Assembly: GCA_044222045.1 (NCBI GenBank)
Contig: JBGAOB010000003.1
Location: forward strand, 780-64,779
Direction of reading: 5' to 3'
Source of the DNA: Candidatus Eiseniibacteriota bacterium
Lineage (GTDB): Bacteria > Eisenbacteria > RBG-16-71-46
DNA: 64,000 bases
The notes beneath the pieces were generated by a model, which was given only the letters and a program-made list of their open reading frames with translations, was not told where the DNA came from and searched no databases. The position numbers and the translations under genes were made by a program. Positions 57,357 to 64,000 of this stretch are shown in pieces. Numbering within the stretch: position 1 is the first letter of the stretch; the number at the start of each line of letters is the position of its first letter.

Positions 57357-58085
57357 ATGCCCATCGAGATCGGACGGATCGAAGCTCTCTTCCGCTACCC
57401 GGTGAAGTCCATGCGCGGCGAGTCGCTCGACGCGGCCATGCTCGGCTGGCACGGCGTCGAGGGCGACCGACGGCTGGCGCTGCGCCGGCTCGAGGAGCCG
57501 GGCGGGTTTCCCTGGCTCACGGCCAGCAAGCTGCCCGAACTGGTCGCGTTCACGCCCCGGCGTGGGCACGACGCCGGCGCCGATGCGCTGCCGACGCACG
57601 TGCGTACGCCGGAGGGCATGGACCTGCCGATGTTCGCGGACGCGCTCGCGGCCGACATCGAGCGCCGATCCGGGCAGCGCGTGCAGATGACGCACCTGCG
57701 GCACGGGATCTTCGACGACGCGACCGTTTCGGTGATCGCCACCGACACCATCCGCGAGATCAGCCGGCTGGCGGGCGTCGCGATGGACGTCCGGCGTTTC
57801 CGTCCGAACGTCGTGGTGCGGTGCACGAACGGCGAGCCGTTCGTGGAAGACGCCTGGCCCGGCGGGGAGCTCGCGTTCGGAGACGACGAGGACGCCCCCC
57901 GGGTCGCGGTCACGATGCGCGACCTGCGCTGCGTGATGATCAACATCGACCCCGACACGGGCCGGGCCTCACCGGAGATGATGAAGGCCGCGGTCCGCGC
58001 GAACCAGAACTACGCGGGGATCTACGGCACGGTCACGCGAACCGGCAGGCTCGCCGTGGGCCAGGTCGTGCGGCTTCGCCGCTGA
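57357..58085 (+). CDS. MOSC-domain protein
   Basis: In-frame ATG 57357. IGRIEALFRYPVKSMRGESL......GVEGDRRLAL (MOSC_N beta-barrel), then ...RFRPNVVV......E..W ... GIYGTV...G.L.VG..V.L. Confidence 0.8.
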   Translation: MPIEIGRIEALFRYPVKSMRGESLDAAMLGWHGVEGDRRLALRRLEEPGGFPWLTASKLPELVAFTPRRGHDAGADALPTHVRTPEGMDLPMFADALAADIERRSGQRVQMTHLRHGIFDDATVSVIATDTIREISRLAGVAMDVRRFRPNVVVRCTNGEPFVEDAWPGGELAFGDDEDAPRVAVTMRDLRCVMINIDPDTGRASPEMMKAAVRANQNYAGIYGTVTRTGRLAVGQVVRLRR

Positions 58086-58127
58086 CGACCCGCAGCACTC
58101 ACGCCCTCGCGGGTCTCCCCCGCCGGC

Positions 58128-59921
58128 TCAGAACGAGTACTTCCAGACGCCGTCCGTGCGCATGCCGGCGTAGAGCGTGGTGCCCCGCGCGTGCAGGGAC
58201 AGCACGATGGCCTGCGCCGGCGAGCCGGTGCCGAGCACTCGCCAGGTTCGCGCGCCGTCGTCGGAACGGAACACGCCGGCTTCCGTCGCGGCCACCAGCG
58301 TGGACCCCACGCTCGCGAGCGTGCGGATGCCCGCGGTCCCGGGACGGCCTGCCGCCGCGGTCCAGGTGCGGCCGAAGTCGGCGGAGCGGAAGATCCCGTC
58401 GTACTTCGCGGCGTACTGGATCGAGTCGGACATCACGAGGCTCGTCACGAATCCCATCGATGAGGGCATCGCGGCCGTCCACGTCGCCCCGCCGTCGGTC
58501 GAGCGGTACACCGTCCACATCGTCCCGGCCAGCATCACGGTGTCGCGCGTGGCCAGTGTCGTGACGAACTGGCCGGTGAGCGCCCCGGTCACGGCGCTCC
58601 AGGTCAGCCCGTCGTCCCCGGAGCGGTACAGGCCGCCGAGCGTCGCGGCGAACGTCGTGCCGCCGACGCGCAGGAACGACTCGATGTAGCTGCTTCCGGG
58701 CTGCGTCGTGGCGGCCGACCACGTGCTCCCGTCGTCGCTCGAACGGAACACGCCGCTTCCCGGTGTGCCGGCAAGCAGCGTGTTCCCGATCGGGCACAGT
58801 GCCGTCACGCTGCCGGTGCCGGGCTCGCTGGCGGGCCTCGACCACGTGGCGCCGCCGTCGTACGAGCGGTGGACGCCGCTGAACTCGAGCCCGGCGAACA
58901 GCACCCGTGCGTCGCTCGCGAACGCGGTCACGCCGGGAACCGACGGTGGAGCCGCATCGGCGACCCACGTCGCGCCGTTGTCGAACGAGCGCCACACGGC
59001 GTTCTCGGCGCCGGCCACGGCGACGTTTCCGCTCAGCGCGACGGCATACACCTCGTCGTTGTCGGGGAGTGACGTGGCGGCCGTCCAGTTCACGCCGGCG
59101 TCCGTGGAGCGGTAGAGCCCGGCGCTGGTCGCCGCCAGCAGCCGGTTGCCGTCGGCGACCAGCGCCTCGGCCTGGCCGTAGGGACGCGAGACGGCGGGCG
59201 TCCAGGTGGCGCCCCCGTCGGGCGAGCGATACACGCCGCCGCGCGTGCAGGCGACCAGCGTGGAGCCCACGTTCAGGATCGCGTCCACGAGGACGTTCGC
59301 GGGCTGCGCCGCGGTGGGCGCCCAGGACACGCCGTCATCCGTGGAGCCGTACACGCCGGCCGCGGTGCCCGCGAAGAACGTCGTGTCGCGCAGCGTGAGC
59401 GACGTGACCCAGGTGGAGCCGGTGGGCATGGTCACCCCTGCCCAGTGGTCGCCGGCGTCCGTCGAACGGAAGATGCCCGCGCCGTACGTCCCCATCAGGC
59501 AAGTCCCTCCGCGGGACGCCACGCAGGAGAGAAAGGCGCTGCCCGGCTGCGTCGCGGCGGCGGTCCACGTGAGACCGCGGTCGGTCGAACGGTAGACACC
59601 GGCCGCGGAGCCGATCAGCAGCGTGGAGCCGACACTGCCGAGTGCACGCACGGTGCAATCCTGCGGCCCGGTCGGCAGACTGCTCCACGTACGGCCGTGG
59701 TCGGTGGAGCGGAACGCGCCGTTGCCCATCGTGCCGGCCAGCAGCAGGTCGCCATTCGAGTAGAGCTCCTGGATCGAAGACCCGGTCGGCAGTCCCATCG
59801 AACTGCTCGTCCAGTCGACGGGCCCGGGTACGGGGCCGGTCGCGTCATTGCTCTTGCCACAGCCCGTCAGCAGACCCGCCAGCACCAGCGTAGCCACGAA
59901 CCCACCGATCCAGCGCTTCAT
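58128..59921 (-). CDS. lipoprotein with 13 BNR/Asp-box repeats (Ycf48 / sortilin / GH74-like beta-propellers)
   Basis: ATG 59921 after GAGGAG. Lipobox LLTGC. Thirteen S-x-D-x-G-x-(T/S)-W boxes (STDHGRTW, STDRGLTW, ... SDDGARTW). Confidence 0.8.
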   Translation of the reverse strand: MKRWIGGFVATLVLAGLLTGCGKSNDATGPVPGPVDWTSSSMGLPTGSSIQELYSNGDLLLAGTMGNGAFRSTDHGRTWSSLPTGPQDCTVRALGSVGSTLLIGSAAGVYRSTDRGLTWTAAATQPGSAFLSCVASRGGTCLMGTYGAGIFRSTDAGDHWAGVTMPTGSTWVTSLTLRDTTFFAGTAAGVYGSTDDGVSWAPTAAQPANVLVDAILNVGSTLVACTRGGVYRSPDGGATWTPAVSRPYGQAEALVADGNRLLAATSAGLYRSTDAGVNWTAATSLPDNDEVYAVALSGNVAVAGAENAVWRSFDNGATWVADAAPPSVPGVTAFASDARVLFAGLEFSGVHRSYDGGATWSRPASEPGTGSVTALCPIGNTLLAGTPGSGVFRSSDDGSTWSAATTQPGSSYIESFLRVGGTTFAATLGGLYRSGDDGLTWSAVTGALTGQFVTTLATRDTVMLAGTMWTVYRSTDGGATWTAAMPSSMGFVTSLVMSDSIQYAAKYDGIFRSADFGRTWTAAAGRPGTAGIRTLASVGSTLVAATEAGVFRSDDGARTWRVLGTGSPAQAIVLSLHARGTTLYAGMRTDGVWKYSF

Positions 59922-60051
59922 GGGCAGCTCCTCGAGAGACGGAAACGACGCGGCGGCCACCGTCACATGCGAGCAGTGTCCCACCACCGGAGGTCGTTTC
60001 GACGCGGACGTTGATTCGACGGAGAACGCGGCGGGACGTCCGCGCGGCGGG

Positions 60052-60057
60052 TACACT
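60052..60057 (+). promoter_or_regulatory. -10-like hexamer TACACT 6 nt upstream of the PPTase ATG (leaderless-type start)
   Basis: GGGTACACT-GCGCGC-ATG. No SD. Confidence 0.3.
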
Positions 60058-60063
60058 GCGCGC

Positions 60064-60873
60064 ATGTCGGACGGCCCCCATCGCGATCCCGATCCCGCCC
60101 CTGCCGCGCTCACGGTGTTCGGCGAACCGCCGGAACACCCGGTGCTGGGCCCGCACGAGGTGCACGTGTGGCGGGTCGACGTCGCGCCGCCGGACGAGCG
60201 CGAGCTCGAGGTGTGTCTCGCGCTGATGTCCGCCGACGAGCATGCGCGCTTCGCCCGCCTGCCCGCGGGACCGCTCCGGGGGTCGTTCGCGATGCGACGG
60301 GCGGCGCTGCGGCGGATCCTCGGCGGATACCTGTCGTGCGATCCGCGCGACGTCGACTACCGCGTGTCGCCGCGCGGCAAGCCGGAGGTGGTCACGCCGG
60401 TCGAGGACGAGGCGGATCCTCCCCTGCGACTCAGCACGTCGTCTTCGCGCGCGCTCGCACTCGTGGGGGTCACGCGCGGACGCGACCTGGGCGTGGACAT
60501 CGAGCACGTGCGAGCGCTTCCGGACCTCGACGCCGTCGCGCGCACCGTCTTCTCGCATGCGGAACGCGCCGATTACGAAGCGCTCCCGCCCGGCGAGCGG
60601 ACCGCCGGGTTCTTCCACGGCTGGACGCGCAAGGAAGCGTGGCTCAAGGCGCGCGGCGAGGGGCTGATCGGGAACCTCGCGGGCTTCGACGTGACGCTTT
60701 CGCCGGGGGCTGCACCGCGTGTGCGGCGCGTGGCCGGCGATCCGGACGAACCGCGGGCGTGGACGCTCGCGGCCTGCGAGCCCGGCGACGGCTACGTCGG
60801 AGCGGTCGCCGTGCGCGACACGGCGCCGCGCTGGTCGACGTGGCACGCTCGGGGAGCCGCGGCCTTCCGGTAG
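60064..60873 (+). CDS. Sfp-type 4'-phosphopantetheinyl transferase
   Basis: ...EVHVWRVDV....., RRILG.YL......V.Y......GKPE, GVDIEHVR and FHGWTRKEAWLKARGEG are the Sfp-family motifs. Confidence 0.85.
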   Translation: MSDGPHRDPDPAPAALTVFGEPPEHPVLGPHEVHVWRVDVAPPDERELEVCLALMSADEHARFARLPAGPLRGSFAMRRAALRRILGGYLSCDPRDVDYRVSPRGKPEVVTPVEDEADPPLRLSTSSSRALALVGVTRGRDLGVDIEHVRALPDLDAVARTVFSHAERADYEALPPGERTAGFFHGWTRKEAWLKARGEGLIGNLAGFDVTLSPGAAPRVRRVAGDPDEPRAWTLAACEPGDGYVGAVAVRDTAPRWSTWHARGAAAFR

Positions 60874-61000
60874 ATGCGGGCGGACCGACGCATCGCGCGC
60901 CCGGCGGCGCGCCTCTCCTCGACGTTCTCTCCCCGGTGCGCAGCGGCGCAGAGACCGCGCGCACGTGTTCTATGGTGCGCGGACACAGGAGGTGTCCCCC

Positions 61001-62107
61001 ATGAGCGACACGATCCGGACGCCGGAACCCGCTTCCCCGCCGTCGCCGAAGAGCTTCGATGCGAAGGCCTACGCCGCGCACGCCGCCACCGCCCCTCTCG
61101 CGCCGGTCACGATCCGGCGCCGTGATCCGGGGCCCCGGGACGTGCAGCTGGAGATCCTCTTCTGCGGCGTCTGCCATTCCGATCTGCACCAGGTGCGCGA
61201 CGAGTGGCACCACACGCTGCCGACGGTCTACCCGTGCGTCCCCGGCCACGAGATCGTGGGGCGCGTGGTCCGCGTGGGCAGCGCGGTGACGCGATTCCGG
61301 GAGGGCGATCACGCCGCGGTCGGGTGCCTCGTGGACTCGTGCCGCACCTGCGCGTCGTGCCGGGATGGGCTGGAGCAGTACTGCGAGGGGCCGGCCACGT
61401 TCACGTACAACTCCGACGACGAGGTGCTGGGAGGCGTGACGTACGGTGGCTACTCGACGAGCGTCGTCGTGGACGAAGCCTTCGCGCTGCGCGTGTCCAG
61501 GGCGCTCGACCTGGCGGGTGCCGCGCCGCTGCTGTGCGCGGGCATCACCACGTGGTCGCCGCTGCGGCGCTGGAACGTCGGCCAGGGCCAGAAGGTGGGC
61601 GTCGTGGGGCTCGGCGGCCTGGGCCACATGGGCGTGAAGCTGGCGAGCGCGCTGGGCGCGCGCGTGGTGGTGTTCACGACCTCGCCGGGCAAGGTGGACG
61701 ACGCGAAGCGGCTGGGCGCTTCCGAAGTGGTGGTCTCGACGCGCGCGTCGGAGATGGAAGCGCACGCGGGCAGCTTCGACTTCATCCTCAATACGGTGTC
61801 TGCCCCGCTCGACCTGAACGCCTATCTCGTGCTGCTCAAGCGCGACGGCCACCTGGTGCTGGTGGGCGCCCCCGAGACGGCGCAGCCGGTGGTGGCGATG
61901 AACCTGATCGGCGGCCGGCGTTCGCTCGCGGGCTCGCTGATCGGTGGCATCGCCGAGACGCAGGAGATGCTGGACTTCTGCGCCGAGCGCGGCATCGTGT
62001 CCGATGTCGAGGTGATCCCGATCCAGTCGATCAACGAGGCCTACGAGCGCATGGTGAAGGGCGACGTGAAGTACCGCTTCGTGATCGACATGGCCTCGCT
62101 GAAGTAG
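61001..62107 (+). CDS. zinc-dependent NAD(P) alcohol dehydrogenase (YahK/cinnamyl-ADH-like)
   Basis: ATG 61001 after AGGAGG. GVCHSDLH, PGHEIVGRV, structural zinc CRTCASCRDGLEQYC, GLGGLGHMGVK Rossmann motif. Confidence 0.9.
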   Translation: MSDTIRTPEPASPPSPKSFDAKAYAAHAATAPLAPVTIRRRDPGPRDVQLEILFCGVCHSDLHQVRDEWHHTLPTVYPCVPGHEIVGRVVRVGSAVTRFREGDHAAVGCLVDSCRTCASCRDGLEQYCEGPATFTYNSDDEVLGGVTYGGYSTSVVVDEAFALRVSRALDLAGAAPLLCAGITTWSPLRRWNVGQGQKVGVVGLGGLGHMGVKLASALGARVVVFTTSPGKVDDAKRLGASEVVVSTRASEMEAHAGSFDFILNTVSAPLDLNAYLVLLKRDGHLVLVGAPETAQPVVAMNLIGGRRSLAGSLIGGIAETQEMLDFCAERGIVSDVEVIPIQSINEAYERMVKGDVKYRFVIDMASLK

Positions 62108-62129
62108 GGTCACGCCTCGTCGAAGGGGA

Positions 62130-62180
62130 CGCCGATGGAGCCCGGCTCCGGTGCACCGCGCGAGCCGGGTTCCATCGGCG
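62130..62180. terminator. long hairpin (19-bp stem with 1 mismatch, 13-nt loop) 23 nt after the ADH stop
   Basis: CGCCGATGGAGCCCGGCTC (62130..62148) pairs with GAGCCGGGTTCCATCGGCG (62162..62180). No U tract. Confidence 0.5.
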
Positions 62181-62381
62181 CGAGCGGCGGACCACGCGAG
62201 ATTCGATCGTGCAGATCCGTCGACACGGCTCGCGCCCCTCGGGCCGGGGCCTCAACGACCCTTTCACGGACGCGGTGCGGAGCGATCCGCCGCTCGTGGC
62301 AACGGAGCCGGCGCGCACCTCGAACACGTCACCGACGAAGCGTACGTCGTCGGAGGCATGGCCGGGCTCGACGCGCGGGCG

Positions 62382-63719
62382 TCAGAGCACGACGACGCGC
62401 TGCGTGCGCACGTGGCTCCCCTGCCGCAACCGCACCAGGTAGAGCCCGGGGGCGAGTCGCGCACCCTCGCTCAGTCCGACCGTGTGCCGCCCGGCGCCGA
62501 GCGCCCCCACCTCGCGCATGACGACGCGACGGCCGCCCACGTCGACCACCTCGAGTTGCGCCGGCGCCCGGGTGGGAAGCTCGAAGCTCACCTGCGGGTC
62601 ACGGCCGTGCGCGGGGTTCGGACGCACGGGATCGAGCGTGAACGTGAGCGGGGCGAGCCCGTCGACGCCCGCGGTGCTGCCGCCCGTTCGCACGCCCACG
62701 AGGAGTTGCGTCGTGCCGGGGCTGCCGGTGGACCACGTGTCGGTCCACACCATCACGCTCCGGCCGGCGTCGAGCGCGCCGCGCGCCGCGGGCCAGCCCG
62801 GACGCGTGAGCACGCCGGTCGGCGACAGGCTCAACGCCCCGCTGACCGGGCCGCTGCTGCCGTCGCTCCGGCTCGCCGTTCCCGTGAACGTTCCGTTCGT
62901 GGCGATCGTGATGCTCTGGCGCTCCCACCACGGCGCACCGGGGCCGGTCGCGAGCGCGTGCAGCTCCCACGTGCCGGCGAGATCGGACAGCGCGTACGAG
63001 GGAGCCATCTTCACCGCGACGCTGAAATCGGCCGTGCCGGGGGCGCCGCTCTGCCACGTGCTGTTCATCACCACGACGGTGCGCCCGGCGTCCAGCGCTC
63101 CGCGCGCGGTGCTCGACCCCGCGAACGAGAGGATGCCGCTCGGGGTGAGGCCGAACACGCCGGAAACGGGGTCGGGCTGTCCTTCGTCGTCCGTCATCGA
63201 GCCGGCGAACGTGCCGTCACCTGCGATCTGCAGCCGGCCCCGCTCCCACCACGGCGCTCCCGGGCCCGACGCGATCACGAAGTTCTCCCAGGCGCCGGCG
63301 AGGTCCGAGAGCGCGTAGACGCCACCGGACTTCGCTCCCACGCGGAGTTCGGTCGTGCCGGCTCCGCCGGTCGACCACGTGTCGGTGGCCACGAAGACGG
63401 TCGAGCCGATGTCGAGTGCTCCGCGGAAGGTGCTCGAACCCACGAACGTGAGCACGCCCGTCGGGGCCAGCGCCAGGGACGCGTGCAAGGTGTCGAGTTC
63501 ACCGGCGCTGCTGACGGAGAAGGCCGTGAAGCTGCCGTCGCGGGCAATCAGCGCGTGCGAGCGGTCCCACCACGGAGCGCCGGGGCCCGAGGCGATGCTC
63601 AGCGCTTCCCAGGTGCCCGTGAGGTCGGCCTGCTGGTACGCCGCGACGGGCGTGGATTGCAGCAGCGCCACGCAGACGCATGCCGTGCAGCCGGCGAGGA
63701 ACGTGCGAACCAGTGGCAT
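62382..63719 (-). CDS. secreted protein with three ~107-aa internal repeats and a C-terminal sorting-like domain
   Basis: ATG 63719 after GGAGG. Signal ...ACVCVALLQSTPVAA. Three units DL.G.WE.....SGPGAPWW.R......DG.F.......G........L.P.G.L.......ARGALD.GR.V.V....W..G.PGT. Ends PGLYLVRLRQGSHVRTQRVVVL. Confidence 0.8.
   Translation of the reverse strand: MPLVRTFLAGCTACVCVALLQSTPVAAYQQADLTGTWEALSIASGPGAPWWDRSHALIARDGSFTAFSVSSAGELDTLHASLALAPTGVLTFVGSSTFRGALDIGSTVFVATDTWSTGGAGTTELRVGAKSGGVYALSDLAGAWENFVIASGPGAPWWERGRLQIAGDGTFAGSMTDDEGQPDPVSGVFGLTPSGILSFAGSSTARGALDAGRTVVVMNSTWQSGAPGTADFSVAVKMAPSYALSDLAGTWELHALATGPGAPWWERQSITIATNGTFTGTASRSDGSSGPVSGALSLSPTGVLTRPGWPAARGALDAGRSVMVWTDTWSTGSPGTTQLLVGVRTGGSTAGVDGLAPLTFTLDPVRPNPAHGRDPQVSFELPTRAPAQLEVVDVGGRRVVMREVGALGAGRHTVGLSEGARLAPGLYLVRLRQGSHVRTQRVVVL
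62670..63632 (-). repeat. three tandem ~320-nt intragenic repeats
   Basis: Read from the translation. Boundaries approximate. Confidence 0.6.
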
Positions 63720-63955
63720 GGACGACCTCCGGGGTGCAGACCCGGGCAACGCTCGTGAGCCCCGTGATGCGAGCGCAACCCTCCGCAGCGGGAAGAAGAC
63801 GGGGTCAAGGCTAGGTCGCCGTCCGGGCGGCGGACAAGCCGGATGAGCGGGGACGCACGACGATGGACGGCGGCGCCCGGGCCCGTCCGACGCCGGGTAC
63901 CGGCCAGTGGTGGCGTCCCTCCCCGCGGGCCGAACCCCGGACGGGAAGAAAGTTC

Positions 63956-63984
63956 TTGGGGCCAGACCGACCGGTTGGTATGTT
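63956..63984 (+). promoter_or_regulatory. promoter-like TTGGGG-N17-(TGG)TATGTT ending 7 nt before an ATG
   Basis: TTGGGG at 63956..63961, 17-nt spacer ending in TGG, TATGTT at 63979..63984, then CCGCCCC and ATG 63992. Confidence 0.4.
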
Positions 63985-63991
63985 CCGCCCC

Positions 63992-64000
63992 ATGAGTCTC
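63992..64000 (+). CDS. possible start of a gene running off the right edge (3 codons visible)
   Basis: Supported only by the promoter-like element and by the 12-nt string TTCCGCCCCATG, identical to the start region of the sigma-factor gene at 37111. Confidence 0.25.

Overview
The window is very GC-rich bacterial chromosomal DNA. Stop codons are so depleted that most real genes are shadowed by long antisense or off-frame ORFs. I separated real genes from shadows using protein motifs, signal peptides, Shine-Dalgarno sites and start-codon context, all read by eye, with family assignments from memory and no searches run. I support about 45 protein-coding genes and found no rRNA, tRNA, CRISPR array, transposase, integrase or prophage core genes.

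Two themes dominate.

1. Secreted proteins. Thirteen signal-peptide proteins (beta-propeller, NHL, FG-GAP-like, Ig-like and tail-fibre-associated) all end in the same ~80-aa C-terminal domain (PNP ... GR.V ... G.Y..RL ... R.V..). It resembles FlgD-Ig / type-A T9SS sorting domains. These include four ~800-aa propeller paralogues and two tandem tail-fibre-like paralogues.
2. Regulators.
- Five Hanks-type Ser/Thr kinases.
- Two PF07638/TIGR02999-like ECF sigma factors, each next to a kinase with a TPR-like C-terminal region.
- A LytS/LytTR two-component system.
- An ArsR-SRPBCC pair.

Best-supported new observations:
- AlgR-box-like 10-bp direct repeats at exact 21-bp spacing lie upstream of the LytS/LytTR operon and again upstream of the downstream acyltransferase-3 gene.
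- Six genes, mostly regulators, have a TAnnnT hexamer 6-8 nt before the ATG and no SD, which suggests leaderless mRNAs. The secreted-protein genes use GGAGG-type SD sites.
- Four ORF-disrupting lesions: two frameshifts, an internal deletion in one C-terminal domain, and a tail-to-tail junction of two convergent genes with no stop codon on either. These are either gene decay and recombination at the repeated C-terminal-domain coding sequence, or assembly errors.

A lineage in or near the FCB group (Gemmatimonadota- or Eisenbacteria-like) is only a guess.
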